Shown piece by piece: positions 12,621 through 25,619 of a stretch of 64,000 nucleotides of DNA; the first letter of the stretch is position 1, and each line of letters opens with the position of its first letter. The position numbers and the translations under genes were made by a program. Origin of the DNA: Octopus sinensis (Eukaryota); the NCBI RefSeq assembly GCF_006345805.1, contig NW_021832570.1:8181-72180 (forward strand). Direction: 5' to 3'. A model generated the notes under the pieces. It was not told where the DNA came from. It ran no database searches and was given only the letters and a program-made list of their open reading frames with translations.

Positions 12621-15339
12621 AATTTAAATGGAATGAGTGCACTTTGAGACTAGCTTATCTCACAGAATGGAAAAACTGGTTTATACATTTTATTCTTTAA
12701 TTGATTTTTTCCAGGCAAGTATTCTTAGGAACAAAGTTGGTGATTGGAATCTCGTTCCATTTTTAATAATATATTTAAAAATGAAAATATATTAATTAGC
12801 GCACATTAGGTGACAATGAATAAATAAATAACAATACATGTGATTTAACGTGCATTATAGTACGTTCTTGTGCCTATGTGTCTCATTTTAAATAATCATA
12901 ATTTAAATGCCCTACTTGAATAATCATAATATTTTGGATTCCAAACACAATTCCAAAATTATTAAAGACAAGAAAAGTTATATGTCTTGTCTACACCGGA
13001 TGTATAATCCAGCCATATTAAATCCCCGAAATCAAAAAAATTGTGTTTATTATGTTGAAAATGCATAAATGTTCGGTCTTTTAATCGGCGAATAGAAAAA
13101 TCCTTCATAACCTATGTAGCCCGGTTATAATTTAGGCTTGTTTTTACGAGAGTTTCTTCCCGACATGTAGAAAGCCTTGAAGTAAACCTTATATGTGTCG
13201 CTTTATACGTTTCAAATAATTTCTATGATATTGAAATTTCATCACGAAATCCAAGTTGGCTAGTAGTTGTTACATCACTGATTATTCATATTTTATTATT
13301 TTTTTCTTTCCCGTCTATTGCAGTTTTTCGTTTTAGGCGGATCCTCAGGGTACATATGTTTCGTGTATGCACTATGCTTTAAATACATAAAATTAGAAAA
13401 TATACTCATAAAAATTATTCTTAATGATCGAATTGAACTTTCCCTCATAACACATGTAGACGATGCATAATATAGTCTTGACTCTCACCAGAATTTTTTC
13501 TCGCATCATAAAAGCCTTGTAAAAAAACAAGTGCATATGTTTACCAGTAGTAATCAAACATAGCAATTTCAGCTTTAAAATTATTTATTAAAAATAGTCA
13601 AACAGCACATTTTTTGGCTTGCTATCAAAAAATTGTGTTTATCATATTAAAATGCATTAATGTTTGGGGTCATTTAAAAAGCGAATACTAAGTTCACTTG
13701 TAATTTCCTAGCAATTGTACCCCAGATATAATGTAGGCTTACTTTAATAGGAAAATTTCTTTTCCCCGTAATTGAAGCCTTCCAAAAAAATACAATCGCA
13801 TATGTTTACTATGTTCATTATACTTTTATTACATAAATTAGAAAATATTCCCGCAAGTTATCATATATTTTCTATTTATATTGAAATGCTATTACATAAT
13901 CGTAATTACCTAATAATTATTACATTCATTATTATTCCTTTTTTATTTGTTTACTCTGTAAAACAGCAGTTTTAGCTTTCATAATCATTCATTAAAAATA
14001 CTCCAACAGCAGATTTTTATAGTTTGCTATCAATATAAAAAATATTTTCATCTCCATTCCAAGGGAAGTGTTGGCAGGCCAAAGTCTTCTCACTTTTTTG
14101 AACTTTTGTTTAATAATAAAATTGTTTATACTTGTGAAATACGCTACATAGATCTTCAAAAGGTGGCTATTGATTATATGTTCATGTGCATGCCTGATCT
14201 AGCCACCCCACTTAGTTCTCGGGAGCAGTCCTTCTCGTGTTCTTTGTACTCACACTCATTCACCACACAATTCTCCAAGTCAGGAAACTCGTCATTTCTT
14301 TCTAACTCTCTATTTCAGCTGTTATCTATCTTTGCTAATGGTCTTCAAGTTTTCTCACTCTCCTTACGTTATGCTCACTCCATAAAAATTCCTCATGAGA
14401 CAATGCCCAACATAGTAGCCTACATACATCACTTTATCACCGACCACATCAAACAACTGGAGATTTATCGCCAGTTTAGCCAGCTATTCCAATCCTATCT
14501 GGAGAAACAACTCCGACCGAATTCCACTTCAAGAGAGTCTCAGGTTCCTCAAGGACCAAGGAAGTAGCAGTGAGTCCTCTCTTTTTATTGACAGTGCTCT
14601 TCTAGGTCGTCTAATGAGGACAGTTTTTTTAAGCTTGAAATTGAAAAATATGAAGGCAATAGATTTCCAAGAAACTTTTTCCTTCGTATGGCCTTCGATA
14701 GTATCTGGCACTTAGATGTTTTCAAAAGAATTAAACAAAAAAGCTCAATATTAGCTTAAATTTTTTTTGTCAGACCGCAATCTGTCGTCTCTCAGTCTGG
14801 ATTTCACTTGTAAAATCCATCTCTTAAAAGAAGTTCAGGGATCGTGTATGAAGATCATCATGAGAATTCCGGCAACCCCCCAATCCGAATGGGACGGGGA
14901 AAAGAGGTAGTGGGCCACGAGAGTTTAATATTTGTAGGTTTTCACCGCCTCAGCCAATTTTGGTTATCAATATGCATTGTCTCCGTAAATAGAGATATTA
15001 GGAAATAGTGATTCTCTGTAAAATAATTATAATATTTTACGCGTGAAAACCTACAAATCGCTATATCCTGACATCTCTATTTATTGTAAAAGTGATTCCC
15101 CAGTTTGCCAAATTTATAGTTCTCAGATTTTTAAGTGCGTGACATAATATTTACCTTAAAAAACAAAAATCGATTCTTTTCTTTAATACGTAAATATGAA
15201 ATTTTTTCGACGCCCGAACACTCCTTATTTCATAAGTATTCATAATTGCATGCTATTTTTCCTTTAAGCGTAGTTCTTCAGCTCCTCGAACTTTAAGGGT
15301 GCGAGCATTTCTTTAGATATAGACGTTATGGTTGATTCC

Positions 15340-15900
15340 ATCCATAAAAATGGTCGGAATATTTTTACTCTGAAGTACCAAAAGTTGTTCAACAAGACTT
15401 TTTAAATATTTTTATTAACCTCTAAATGGTTCAAACCTAACATCTTTTAAAATGTAGTAAATGAATTCAATTAATCAAATACTGTTGATTTTAACACTGA
15501 GATATTCTATTTTAAATAAAAATGCTACTAAATCTCGCAAATTTGGGAGCAGGTTTGCTTGTATAGCATTAGGCATATAGATTCAGTATACTTGTGTAAT
15601 TTTTCATACCTTTTCCACCTCTTCCATCATCTTCAATAAGTTTTCACCTGTCGATATAGCTTCACATAGGGACTCCTAAATTGACTGTTTTCCTGATTCC
15701 ACCCCTCAATTCGATTGGTAAACTGTAAATATTTTGGCTCTTTTTCTTTGTTTTCTTTCTTTACTATTACTATTTTCTTATTTTTCCTTCACAGCTACAC
15801 TTTGAACTTGAAAATTTCATCAAAAGATAGTCTATCAGTACACTCGACTAAATTTTTCGCATTTAAATTCTACTAGGAAATTTAGTTCTTCGAAATCATT
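15340..15900 (-). pseudogene. Degenerate fragment of unknown multi-exon gene family, paralog at 27860-28290
   Basis: Clear nucleotide similarity between 15350-15770 and 27860-28290. Short intron-like segments and stops in all frames. Confidence 0.4.
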
Positions 15901-16494
15901 CATATAAAAAAAATTAAATATAAATTGTTAATATTTCGTATTAATAAATTTTTTTAAATTTCTTAATAAAATTTATTTATTATTTAAGGTGCTTTGAAAA
16001 CATTTTTATCAATGTAAAATTTAACTAATAACTCTTTCTCGCCCTGCTTTGAAAGAGGGAGCAAGCTACTCGACTTCATATACAAAATTGACCAGAAAGT
16101 GGTAGGACAGGTCTTATCAATGTTGAGAAAAGGCAACTGACAAATGCCAGTCTAATCTGATTTGTCTTAATAGTCCTGCCTATTCTCACAAGAGACGGTT
16201 CTCAACTCCATGAAGTGGGACTTCTACAAATCTGCTCGCGACATACTCGCGAGAATTGAGAGACAACTTTGTTGTAAAAACGGAGAAAAAATTGATTGTG
16301 GACTCCTTCGTTGAGTAATATGGAACAGGACAACAACTTTGTTCTCGGATTGACACAGGAGAACGTGTTTTTCCACCAATTAGAATTCGGAAGAAAGGAA
16401 GGAGATTTCCAGAATTCGGTCGTTATCATAAAGTTTGTTGATGAAAGTGATCTCATCGGTAATCTAAAACATGTGACAAAAATTGAGTATTCTT

Positions 16495-17639
16495 TGTCAC
16501 CGTCCATCCAATAAACCACTCCGTTGAATGGACCGACTACTTTTCGTTAAAATAAAAATATAATTTTTATGAAATAAATGACGATCGAATTATTAATAAA
16601 TAATATTTTTTTGAATAAAAAAATATTGCGCATTTCGGCATGGTTTTAATGAAGCTTTTTTTGCATGAAATAAACAAATTAAGGATTATTTTAATTCTGA
16701 TTCGTCATCCTTTAAAGATGTTGAAAAAAAGATACAGATTGAAAAAATTTTCGAATCTGATCCGGATTAAAGGCGGAAAACTTACATTCTACAGGAAGAC
16801 ACTGAACGTCTTTTTTGCGATTGAGGAATATGAGCTTAAGCTCAAGCACATTGAGGTTACCTATTGTTAAACATGGTCAGTCAGAACGTAATATGGATCA
16901 CTTTGAACGAGATCGTTTATTTGAAGATGCTTCGTAATCGTTATTACAATGTTACCCGACTCAGGCACAAAGCGATCAAAGTTGCTTTTAGATGATGGGC
17001 TAGATGCTACAATGTATTATGTCATCACTGTTCGAGAGGATTTATACCTCCTAGAAGACGGTAAAGGAAAAATTTTAACTGAGGTACATATTTCAAGGCT
17101 GAAAAAGCTTAGCTGACTTTGATTTTGACATTTTTTGTTTTTAATGTAAATTTTTAAATTTTATTGGTTTTTAAAATTCGGGCTTTGTAAAAGCTAGGGC
17201 TTAATAGATATTTTTTTATTTAGGGTTGGCTTTTAAAATAAGTTTTAGTAAATGTTAAGGTTGTGTTTGATTGGGTTTGGTAAAAATTAACGTTAGGGTT
17301 TCATTTTTTAAAAGTTCTGTTGAATAATTTTAAATTTAAATTTGTAGTTTTTAATAAAAGTGATTTTTCTAATTTAAAAATGATTATTTTAATTGGAAAA
17401 ACCCTAAAGGTAATGAAAATGATAATTAAAATCAATAATTTTTCAAATTTAAGGTTAGGTTTGTGTTGTTCTATGTTTTATTTTTCAGAGGTTATGAAAA
17501 ACATTAAAAACAACTTTAAAATGGGACTCAAGACATATTTAGAAAAAAATAAAACATATTTTATATGGATAGAATTGATTAAAATGACATTTTTATATTG
17601 GTCCATTCAACGGCGTGATTCGTTAAGTGGACATTGACA
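16495..17639 (+). mobile_element. Non-autonomous Ginger-like DNA transposon (TGT...ACA, 5-bp TSD)
   Basis: ~40-bp imperfect TIRs (TGTCACCGTCCA...CCGTTGAATGGACC / GGTCCATTCAACGG...TGGACATTGACA). TSD TTCTT at 16490-16494 and 17640-17644. Integrase N-terminus homologous to the 1163 ORF, with intron 16856-16880 at the same position. C-terminal VHISRLKKLS* piece and a TTAGGG-like tail. Confidence 0.85.
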
Positions 17640-18030
17640 TTCTTTTAAAATATTTTATTTGGGTTGAGCCTTATAGAGATGTCAGTTCTTTTAGCAACCT
17701 TCCGTAAAAAATTCTCTCCAATTATTTAATAACAGTAGATTGCAAACCTTCACCATACCCAATAGAAAGAGCGATATTAAACGTTCTCTCAAGGAAAAGT
17801 TCAATCTTTATTAGTTTCAATTTTTCTTCTTTGTTGTGGACTTTTCTTTATACAAATTCCCTGATACTGGAGTTAAAGAATAATCATCTATTTAAGTTTT
17901 TTGAAAAAACAAAAATAAAGAAAATTGTTCCATTTCCTATTCAACAAAATTGACTTAGGTCAATTTATAAAAGTTTAAAATGTGTTAATTTTTATCCTAG
18001 AAACACAATTTGAAAAAATCAAATAATTAT

Positions 18031-21000
18031 TGTGACCGGTTTTATTTTGGACCAGGTTTTATTTTGGACCGATCGCAAATTTTTTTAATTTTGTTGACGA
18101 AAAGGCATATTTTGTAAAGAATAACAAAAATCTTCGTTTTTTTGTTCGGAAGAGAGAGAACTTAAGCTAAAAACTATCAAAGTAAGATAATATATTGAAT
18201 TTAAAGCTATTACATAATGAAAATCATTTTGGGCGTGATCGGATGTTAAGCCTATTAAGAAATAAAATTTACAGCGTCAAACGTTCTGAAATCTTCAATG
18301 TAATTAAATCATGTGTTGAGTGCCTTTTTGTTACTAATAAGAAAACGTAACTTTAACTTAAATTTGGATTTTAGTGTTAGGGTTAAAATTTTGTTTAGGG
18401 TTAAGGAAAAAATGTTTAGGGTTAGGGTTAAAAATTTGTTTAGGGTTAAGGTTAAAATGTTTAGGGTTAGTGTTAGGGTTAAAATTTTGTTTAGGGTTAA
18501 GGAAAAAATGTTTAGGATAAGGGTTAAAATGTTTAGGGTCAAGGAGAAAATGTTTAGGGTTAGGGTTAAAAATTTGTTTAGGGTTAAGGTTAAAATGTTT
18601 AGGGTTAGTGTTAGGGTTAAAATTTGTTTAGGGTTAAGGTTAAAATGTTTAGGGTTAGTGTTAGGGTTAAAATTTTGTTTAGGGTTAAGGAAAAAATGTT
18701 TAGGGTTAGGGTTAAAAATTTGTTTAGGGTTAAGGTTAAAATGTTTAGGGTTAGTGTTAGGGTTAAAATTTTGTTTAGGGTTAAGGAAAAAATGTTTAGG
18801 ATAAGGGTTAAAATGTTTAGGGTCAAGGAGAAAATGTTTAGGGTTAGGGTTAAAAATTTGTTTAGGGTTAAGGTTAAAATGTTTAGAATTAGTGTTAGGA
18901 TTAAAATTTTGTTTAGGGTTAAAGAAAAAATGTCTAGGGTTAGGGTTAAAAGTTTGTTTAGGGTTAGTGTTAGGATTAAAATTTTGTTTAGGGTTAAAGA
19001 AAAAATGTTTAGGGTTAGGGTTAAAAATTTGTTTAGGGTTAAGGTTAAAATGTTTAGGGTTAGTGTTAGGATTAAAATTTTGTTTAGGGTTAAAGAAAAA
19101 ATGTTTAGGGTTAGGGTTAAAAATTTGTTTAGGGTTAAGGTTAAAATGTTTAGGGTTAGTGTTAGGGTTAAAATTTTGTTTAGGGTTAAGGAAAAAATGT
19201 TTAGGATAAGGGTTAAAATGTTTAGGGTCAAGGAGAAAATGTTTAGGGTTAGGGTTAAAAATTTGTTTAGGGTTAAGGTTAAAATGTTTAGGGTTAGTGT
19301 TAGGATTAAAATTTTGTTTAGGGTTAAAGAAAAAATGTTTAGGGTTAGGGTTAAAAATTTGTTTAGGGTTAAGGTTAAAATGTTTAGGGTTAGTGTTAGG
19401 ATTAAAATTTTGTTTAGGGTTAAAGAAAAATGTTTAGGGTTAGGGGTTAAATTTTGTTTAGGTTAAGGTTAAAATGTTTAGGGTTGTGTTAGGATTAAAA
19501 TTTTGTTTAGGGTTAAAGAAAAATGTTTAGGGTTAGGTTAAAAATTTGTTTAGGGTTAAGGTTAAAATGTTTAGGGTTAGTGTTTAGGGTTAAAATTTTG
19601 TTTAGGGTTAAAGAAAAAATGTTTAGGGTTAGGGTAAAAATTTGTTTAGGGTTAAGGTTAAAATGTTTAGGTTAGTGTTAGGGTATAAAATTTTGTTTAG
19701 GGTTAAGGAAAAAATGTTTAGGGTTAGGGTTAAAAATTTGTTTAGGGTTAAGGTTAAAATGTTTGGGTTAGTGTTAGGGTAAAATTTTGTTTAGGGTTAG
19801 GAAAAAATGTTTAGGATAAGGGTTAAAATGTTTAGGGTCAAGGAGAAAATGTTTAGGGTTAGGGTTAAAAATTTGTTTAGGGTTAAGGTTAAAATGTTTA
19901 GGGTTAGTGTTAGGGTTAAAATTTGTTTAGGGTTAAGGTTAAAATGTTTAGGGTTAGTGTTAGGGTTAAAATTTTGTTTAGGGTTAAAGAAAAAATGTTT
20001 AGGGTTAGGGTTAAAAATTTGTTTAGGGTTAAGGTTAAAATGTTTAGGGTTAGTGTTAGGGTTAAAATTTTGTTTAGGGTTAAGGAAAAAATGTTTAGGG
20101 TTAGGGTTAAAAATTTGTTTAGGGTTAAGGTTAAAATGTTTAGGGTTAGTGTTAGGGTTAAAATTTTGTTTAGGGTTAAGGAAAAAATGTTTAGGGTTAG
20201 GGTTAAAAATTGTTTAGGGTTAAGGTAAAATGTTTAGGGTTAGTGTTAGGGTTAAAATTTGTTTAGGGTTAAGGTTAAAATGTTTAGGGTTAGTGTTAGG
20301 GTTAAAATTTTGTTTAGGGTTAAAGAAAAAATGTTTAGGGTTAGGGTTAAAAATTTGTTTAGGGTTAAGGTTAAAATGTTTAGGGTTAGTGTAAGGATTA
20401 AAATTTTGTTTAGGGTTAAGGAAAAAATGTTTAGGATAAGGGTTAAAATGTTTAGGGTCAAGGAAAAATGTTTAGGGTTAGGGTTAAAATTTTGTTTAGG
20501 GTAAGGTTAAAATGTTTAGGGTTAGTGTTAGGGTTAAAATTTGTTTAGGGTTAAGGTTAAAATGTTTAGGGTTAGTGTTAGGGTTAAAATTTTGTTTAGG
20601 GTTAGGAAAAAATGTTTAGGGTTAGGGTTATTAAAAATTTGTTTAGGGTTAAGGTTAAAATGTTTGGGTTAGTGTTAGGGTTAAAATTTTGTTTAGGGTT
20701 AAGGAAAAAATGTTTAGGATAAGGGTTAAAATGTTTAGGGTCAAGGAGAAAATGTTTAGGGTTAGGGTTAAAAATTTGTTTAGGGTTAAGGTTAAAATGT
20801 TTAGGGTTAGTGTTAGGATTAAAATTTTGTTTAGGGTTAAAGAAAAAATGTTTAGGGTTAGGGTTAAAAATTTGTTTAGGGTTAAGGTTAAAATGTTTAG
20901 GGTTAGTGTAAGGATTAAAATTTTGTTTAGGGTTAAAGAAAAAATGTTTAGGGTTAGGGTTAAAAATTTGTTTAGGGTTAAGGTTAAAATGTTTAGGGTT

Positions 21001-24000
21001 AGTGTTAGGATTAAAATTTTGTTTAGGGTTAAAGAAAAAATGTTTAGGGTTAGAATTAAAAATTTGTTTAGGGTTAAGGTTAAAATGTTTAGGGTTAGTG
21101 TTAGGGTTAAAATTTTGTTTAGGGTTAAGGAAAAAATGTTTAGGATAAAGGTTAAAATGTTTAGGGTCAAGGAGAAAATGTTTAGGGTTAGGGTTAAAAA
21201 TTTGTTTAGGGTTAAGGTTAAAATGTTTAGGGTTAGTGTTAGGATTAAAATTTTGTTTAGGGTTAAGGAAAAAATGTTAGGGTTAGGGTAAAATTTGTTT
21301 AGGGTTAAGGTTAAAATGTTTAGGGTTAGTGTTAGGATTAAAATTTTGTTTAGGGTTAAAGAAAAAATGTTTAGGGTTAGGTTAAAATTTGTTTAGGGTT
21401 AAGGTTAAAATGTTTAGGGTTAGTGTTAGGATTAAAATTTTGTTTAGGGTTAAAGAAAAAATGTTTAGGGTTAGGGTTAAAAATTGTTTAGGGTTAGGTT
21501 AAAATGTTTAGGGTTAGTGTTAGGGTTAAAATTTGTTTAGGGTTAAAGAAAAAATGTTTAGGGTTAGGGTTAAAAATTTGTTTAGGGTTAAGGTTAAAAT
21601 GTTTAGGGTTAGTGTTATGGTTAAAATTTTGTTTAGGGTTAAGGAAAAAATGTTTAGGGTTAGGGTTAAAAATTTGTTTAGGGTTAAGGTTAAAATGTTT
21701 AGGGTTAGGTTAGGGTTAAAAATTTGTTTAGGGTTAAGGAAAAAATGTTTAGGATAAGGGTTAAAATGTTAGGGTCAAGGAGAAAATGTTAGGGTTAGGG
21801 TTAAAAATTTGTTAGGGTTAAGGTTAAAATGTTTAGGGTTAGTGTTAGGGTTAAAATTTGTTTAGGGTTAAGGTTAAAATGTTTAGGGTTAGTGTTAGGG
21901 TTAAAATTTTGTTTAGGGTTAAAGAAAAAATGTTTAGGGTTAGGGTTAAAAATTTGTTTAGGGTTAAGGTTAAAATGTTTAGGGTTAGTGTTAGGGTTAA
22001 AATTTTGTTTAGGGTTAAGGAAAAAATGTTTAGGGTTAGGGTTAAAAATTTGTTTAGGGTTAAGGTTAAAATGTTTAGGGTTAGTGTTAGGGTTAAAATT
22101 TTGTTTAGGGTTAAGGAAAAAATGTTTAGGGTTAGGGTTAAAAATTTGTTTAGGGTTAAGGTTAAAATGTTTAGGGTTAGTGTTAGGGTTAAAATTTGTT
22201 TAGGGTTAAGGTTAAAATGTTTAGGGTTAGTGTTAGGGTTAAAATTTTGTTTAGGGTTAAAGAAAAAATGTTTAGGGTTAGGGTTAAAAATTTGTTTAGG
22301 GTTAAGGTTAAAATGTTTAGGGTTAGTGTTAGGGTTAAAATTTTGTTTAGGGTTAAGGAAAAAATGTTTAGGATAAGGGTTAAAATGTTTAGGGTCAAGG
22401 AGAAAATGTTTAGGGTTAGGGTTAAAAATTTGTTTAGGGTTAAGGTTAAAATGTTTAGGGTTAGTGTTAGGGTTAAAATTTGTTTAGGGTTAAGGTTAAA
22501 ATGTTTAGGGTTAGTGTTAGGGTTAAAATTTGTTTAGGGTTAAGAAAAAATGTTTAGGGTTAGGGTTAAAAATTTGTTTAGGGTTAAGGTTAAAATGTTT
22601 AGGGTTAGTGTTAGGGTTAAAATTTTGTTTAGGGTAAAGAAAAAATGTTTAGGGTTAGGGTTAAAAATTTGTTTAGGGTTAAGGTTAAAATGTTTAGGGT
22701 TAGTGTTAGGGTTAAAATTTTGTTTAGGGTTAAGGAAAAAATGTTAGGGTTAGGGTTAAAAATTTGTTTAGGGTTAAGGTTAAAATGTTTAGGGTTAGTG
22801 TTAGGTTAAAAATTTGTTTAGGGTTAAGGTTAAATGTTTAGGGTTAGTGTTAGGGTTAAAATTTTGTTTAGGGTTAAGAAAAAATGTTTAGGGTTAGGGT
22901 TAAAAATTTGTTTAGGGTTAAGGTTAAAATGTTTAGGGTTAGTGTTAGGGTTAAAATTTTGTTTAGGGTTAAGGAAAAAATGTTTAGGGTTAGGGTTAAA
23001 ATTTGTTTAGGGTTAGGTTAAAATGTTTAGGGTTAGTGTTAGGGTTAAAATTTTGTTTAGGGTAAGGAAAAAATGTTTAGGGTTAGGGTTAAAAATTTGT
23101 TTAGGGTTAAGGTTAAAATGTTTAGGGTTAGTGTTAGGGTTAAAATTTGTTTAGGGTTAAGGTTAAAATGTTTAGGGTTAGTGTTAGGGTTAAAATTTTG
23201 TTGAGGGTTAAAGAAAAAATGTTTAGGGTTAGGGTTAAAAATTTGTTTAGGGTTAAGGTTAAAATGTTTAGGGTTAGTGTTAGGGTTAAAATTTTGTTTA
23301 GGGTTAAAGAAAAAATGTTTAGGGTTAGGGTTAAAAATTTGTTTAGGGTTAAGGTTAAAATGTTTAGGGTTAGTGTTAGGGTTAAAATTTTGTTTAGGGT
23401 TAAGGAAAAAATGTTTAGGGTTAGGGTTAAAAATTTGTTTAGGTTAAGGTTAAAATGTTTAGGGTTAGTGTTAGGTTAAAAATTTGTTTAGGGTTAAGGT
23501 TAAAATGTTTAGGGTTAGTGTTAGGGTTAAAATTTTGTTTAGGGTTAAAGAAAAAATGTTTAGGGTTAGGGTTAAAATTTGTTTAGGGTTAGGTTAAAAT
23601 GTTTAGGGTTAGTGTTAGGGTTAAAATTTTGTTTAGGGTTAAAGAAAAAATGTTTAGGGTTAGGGTTAAAAATTTGTTTAGGGTTAAGGTTAAAATGTTT
23701 AGGGTTAGTGTTAGGGTTAAAATTTTGTTTAGGGTTAAGGAAAAAATGTTTAGGGTTAGGGTTAAAAATTTGTTTAGGGTTAAGGTTAAAATGTTTAGGG
23801 TTAGTGTTAGGGTTAAAATTTGTTTAGGGTTAAGGTTAAAATGTTTAGGGTTAGTGTTAGGGTTAAAATTTTGTTTAGGGTTAAAGAAAAAATGTTTAGG
23901 GTTAGGGTTAAAAATTTGTTTAGGGTTAAGGTTAAAATGTTTAGGGTTAGTGTTAGGGTTAAAATTTTGTTTAGGGTTGAGGAAAAAATGTTTAGGATAA

Positions 24001-25069
24001 GGGTTAAAATGTTTAGGGTCAAGGAGAAAATGTTTAGGGTTAGGGTTAAAAATTTGTTTAGGGTAAGGTTAAAAGTTTAGGGTTAGTGTTAGGGTTAAAA
24101 TTTTGTTTAGGGTTAGGAAAAAATGTTTAGGGTTAGGGTTAAAATTTGTTTAGGGTTAAGGTAAAATGTTTAGGGTTAGTGTTAGGGTTAAAATTTGTTT
24201 AGGGTTAAGGTTAAAATGTTTAGGGTTAGTGTTAGGGTTAAAATTTTGTTTAGGGTTAAAGAAAAAATGTTTAGGGTTAGGGTTAAAAATTTGTTTAGGG
24301 TTAAGGTTAAAATGTTTAGGGTTAGTGTTAGGGTTAAAATTTTGTTTAGGGTTAAGGAAAAAATGTTTAGGGTTAGGGTTAAAAATTTGTTTAGGGTTAA
24401 GGTTAAAATATTTAGGGTTAGTGTTAGGGTTAAAATTTTGTTTAGGGTTAAGGAAAAAATGTTTAGTGTTAGGGTTAAAAATTTGTTTAGGGTCAAGGTT
24501 AAAATGTTTAGGGTTAGGGTTAAAATTTTGTTTAGGGTTAAGGAGAAAATGTTTAGGATAAGGGTTAAAATGTTTAGGGTCAAGGAGAAAATGTTCAGGG
24601 TTAAGGTTGAAATTTTGTTAGTTGAGATTAAGATTTTTATAATTAAAATTAAATTAAGTTTTTTACCGTTTGGACAACTATTAAAAATAGGGGTTTTAAA
24701 ATCAAATTAAAAATTAGGGTGTTTTAGAATTAGGATTTTGGGTGTTAGGGCTATTATTAGAATGTATATGTGTTAGGGTTATATTTTTAAAATTTTTAAT
24801 TAATAGAATTATATTTAGTTTTTAATTTTTTTAGAATGGAAGACCAATTTTTAAATAAATATCGTAACGGCAACGCTGTAATCATCAAATTTGTTGATTG
24901 GTTGCTTTGTGCATACTTCCATTTTTTAAAAAACTAAATGAAATCAAGAAAAAACTATACAAAAGTATAATTTAACATTAACTCATATATTTTTAGTGGA
25001 ATAAAATTTTTATTATTGATTTTTTTCTCGGTCCAAAATAAAACCTGGTCCAAAATAAAACCTGTGACA
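18031..25069 (+). mobile_element. Ginger-like DNA transposon carrying a 6.2-kb telomere-like array
   Basis: 42-bp TIRs at 18031-18072 and 25028-25069 (TGT[G/C]AC[C/A]GGTTTTATTTTGGACCAGGTTTTATTTTGGACCGA). TSD ATTAT at 18026-18030 and 25070-25074. Integrase HHCC remnant ~18085-18330 (ELKLKTIK / intron 18182-18206 / LLHNENHFGRDRM...KSCVEC). Confidence 0.88.
18372..24605 (+). repeat. Higher-order TTAGGG-derived tandem array, ~96-bp unit, ~65 units
   Basis: Unit = TGTTTAGGGTTAGTGTTAGGGTTAAAATTT (30) + TGTTTAGGGTTAAGGAAAAAA (21) + TGTTTAGGGTTAGGGTTAAAAATT (24) + TGTTTAGGGTTAAGGTTAAAA (21). There is a recurrent 42-bp variant TGTTTAGGATAAGGGTTAAAA-TGTTTAGGGTCAAGGAGAAAA. Confidence 0.97.
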
Positions 25070-25319
25070 ATTATTATATTACACTTTTAAAAATGTCATT
25101 TATTTATATAATATGAATATGTGCATCTTAACTGCAAAAACAAAGATAATCACAACCAATTTCTAAAACAACCTTAATTGTTGAAGGCCTATTTAATATG
25201 TCGCGAGCGCAGCGAGCGACCGAGCGCTAGACGCGACTTTTACATCTAACAAGCCTGTCATCAACAAATATATTTATTAAATGATTTAAAATTTTAACAT
25301 TATTTAAAATTAAAATTGA

Positions 25320-25600
25320 TATCCATTTGGCCATAAGGCCATTAATAGATAACTATTAAATTACTAGTAAAAAAAGCTAATCAATGCCACAATATTTTAA
25401 TTAATTTGTCCCATATCTCAGTAAACGTTTGATTCTGCTCTTATATTAGAATAAACGTTTTTTCTATATTCACCGTTTGTGACAGATACCTTCTATTCAC
25501 GATCGACTGACCACTTAAGTCAACGTATAATCATACTAAATAAAAAAAGCACTTAGTTTTTTTATCATTGTCATCAAGGGACTAAAAGGAGGTTAAAGAG
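25320..25600 (+). repeat. Partial copy of dispersed CCATATGGCCAT repeat
   Basis: Matches 3570-3870 plus 5223-5300, i.e. the empty-site version of the hAT insertion (CCACTTAAGTCAACG). Confidence 0.75.
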
Positions 25601-25619
25601 CCCTTTAAATCACTTTAAA

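Noticed and set aside
14106-14760. 153-aa plus-strand ORF
   Set aside because: No domain signal. Likely antisense to a decayed retroelement fragment.
18372-24605. True chromosome end or end-to-end fusion scar
   Set aside because: The array is internal, single orientation (no head-to-head switch to CCCTAA), not pure TTAGGG, and bounded by TIRs and a TSD.
18309-24710. Long ORFs (FRVRVK, CLGLGLK, TLTLN repeats) as protein-coding genes
   Set aside because: They are translations of the TTAGGG-derived array on both strands. There is no unique sequence or expression evidence, so they are not annotated as CDS.
25199-25230. GTCGCGAGCGCAGCGAGCGAC...CTAG hairpin as Helitron 3' end
   Set aside because: Resembles one, but the next base is A rather than T and I found no associated 5' end or helicase sequence.
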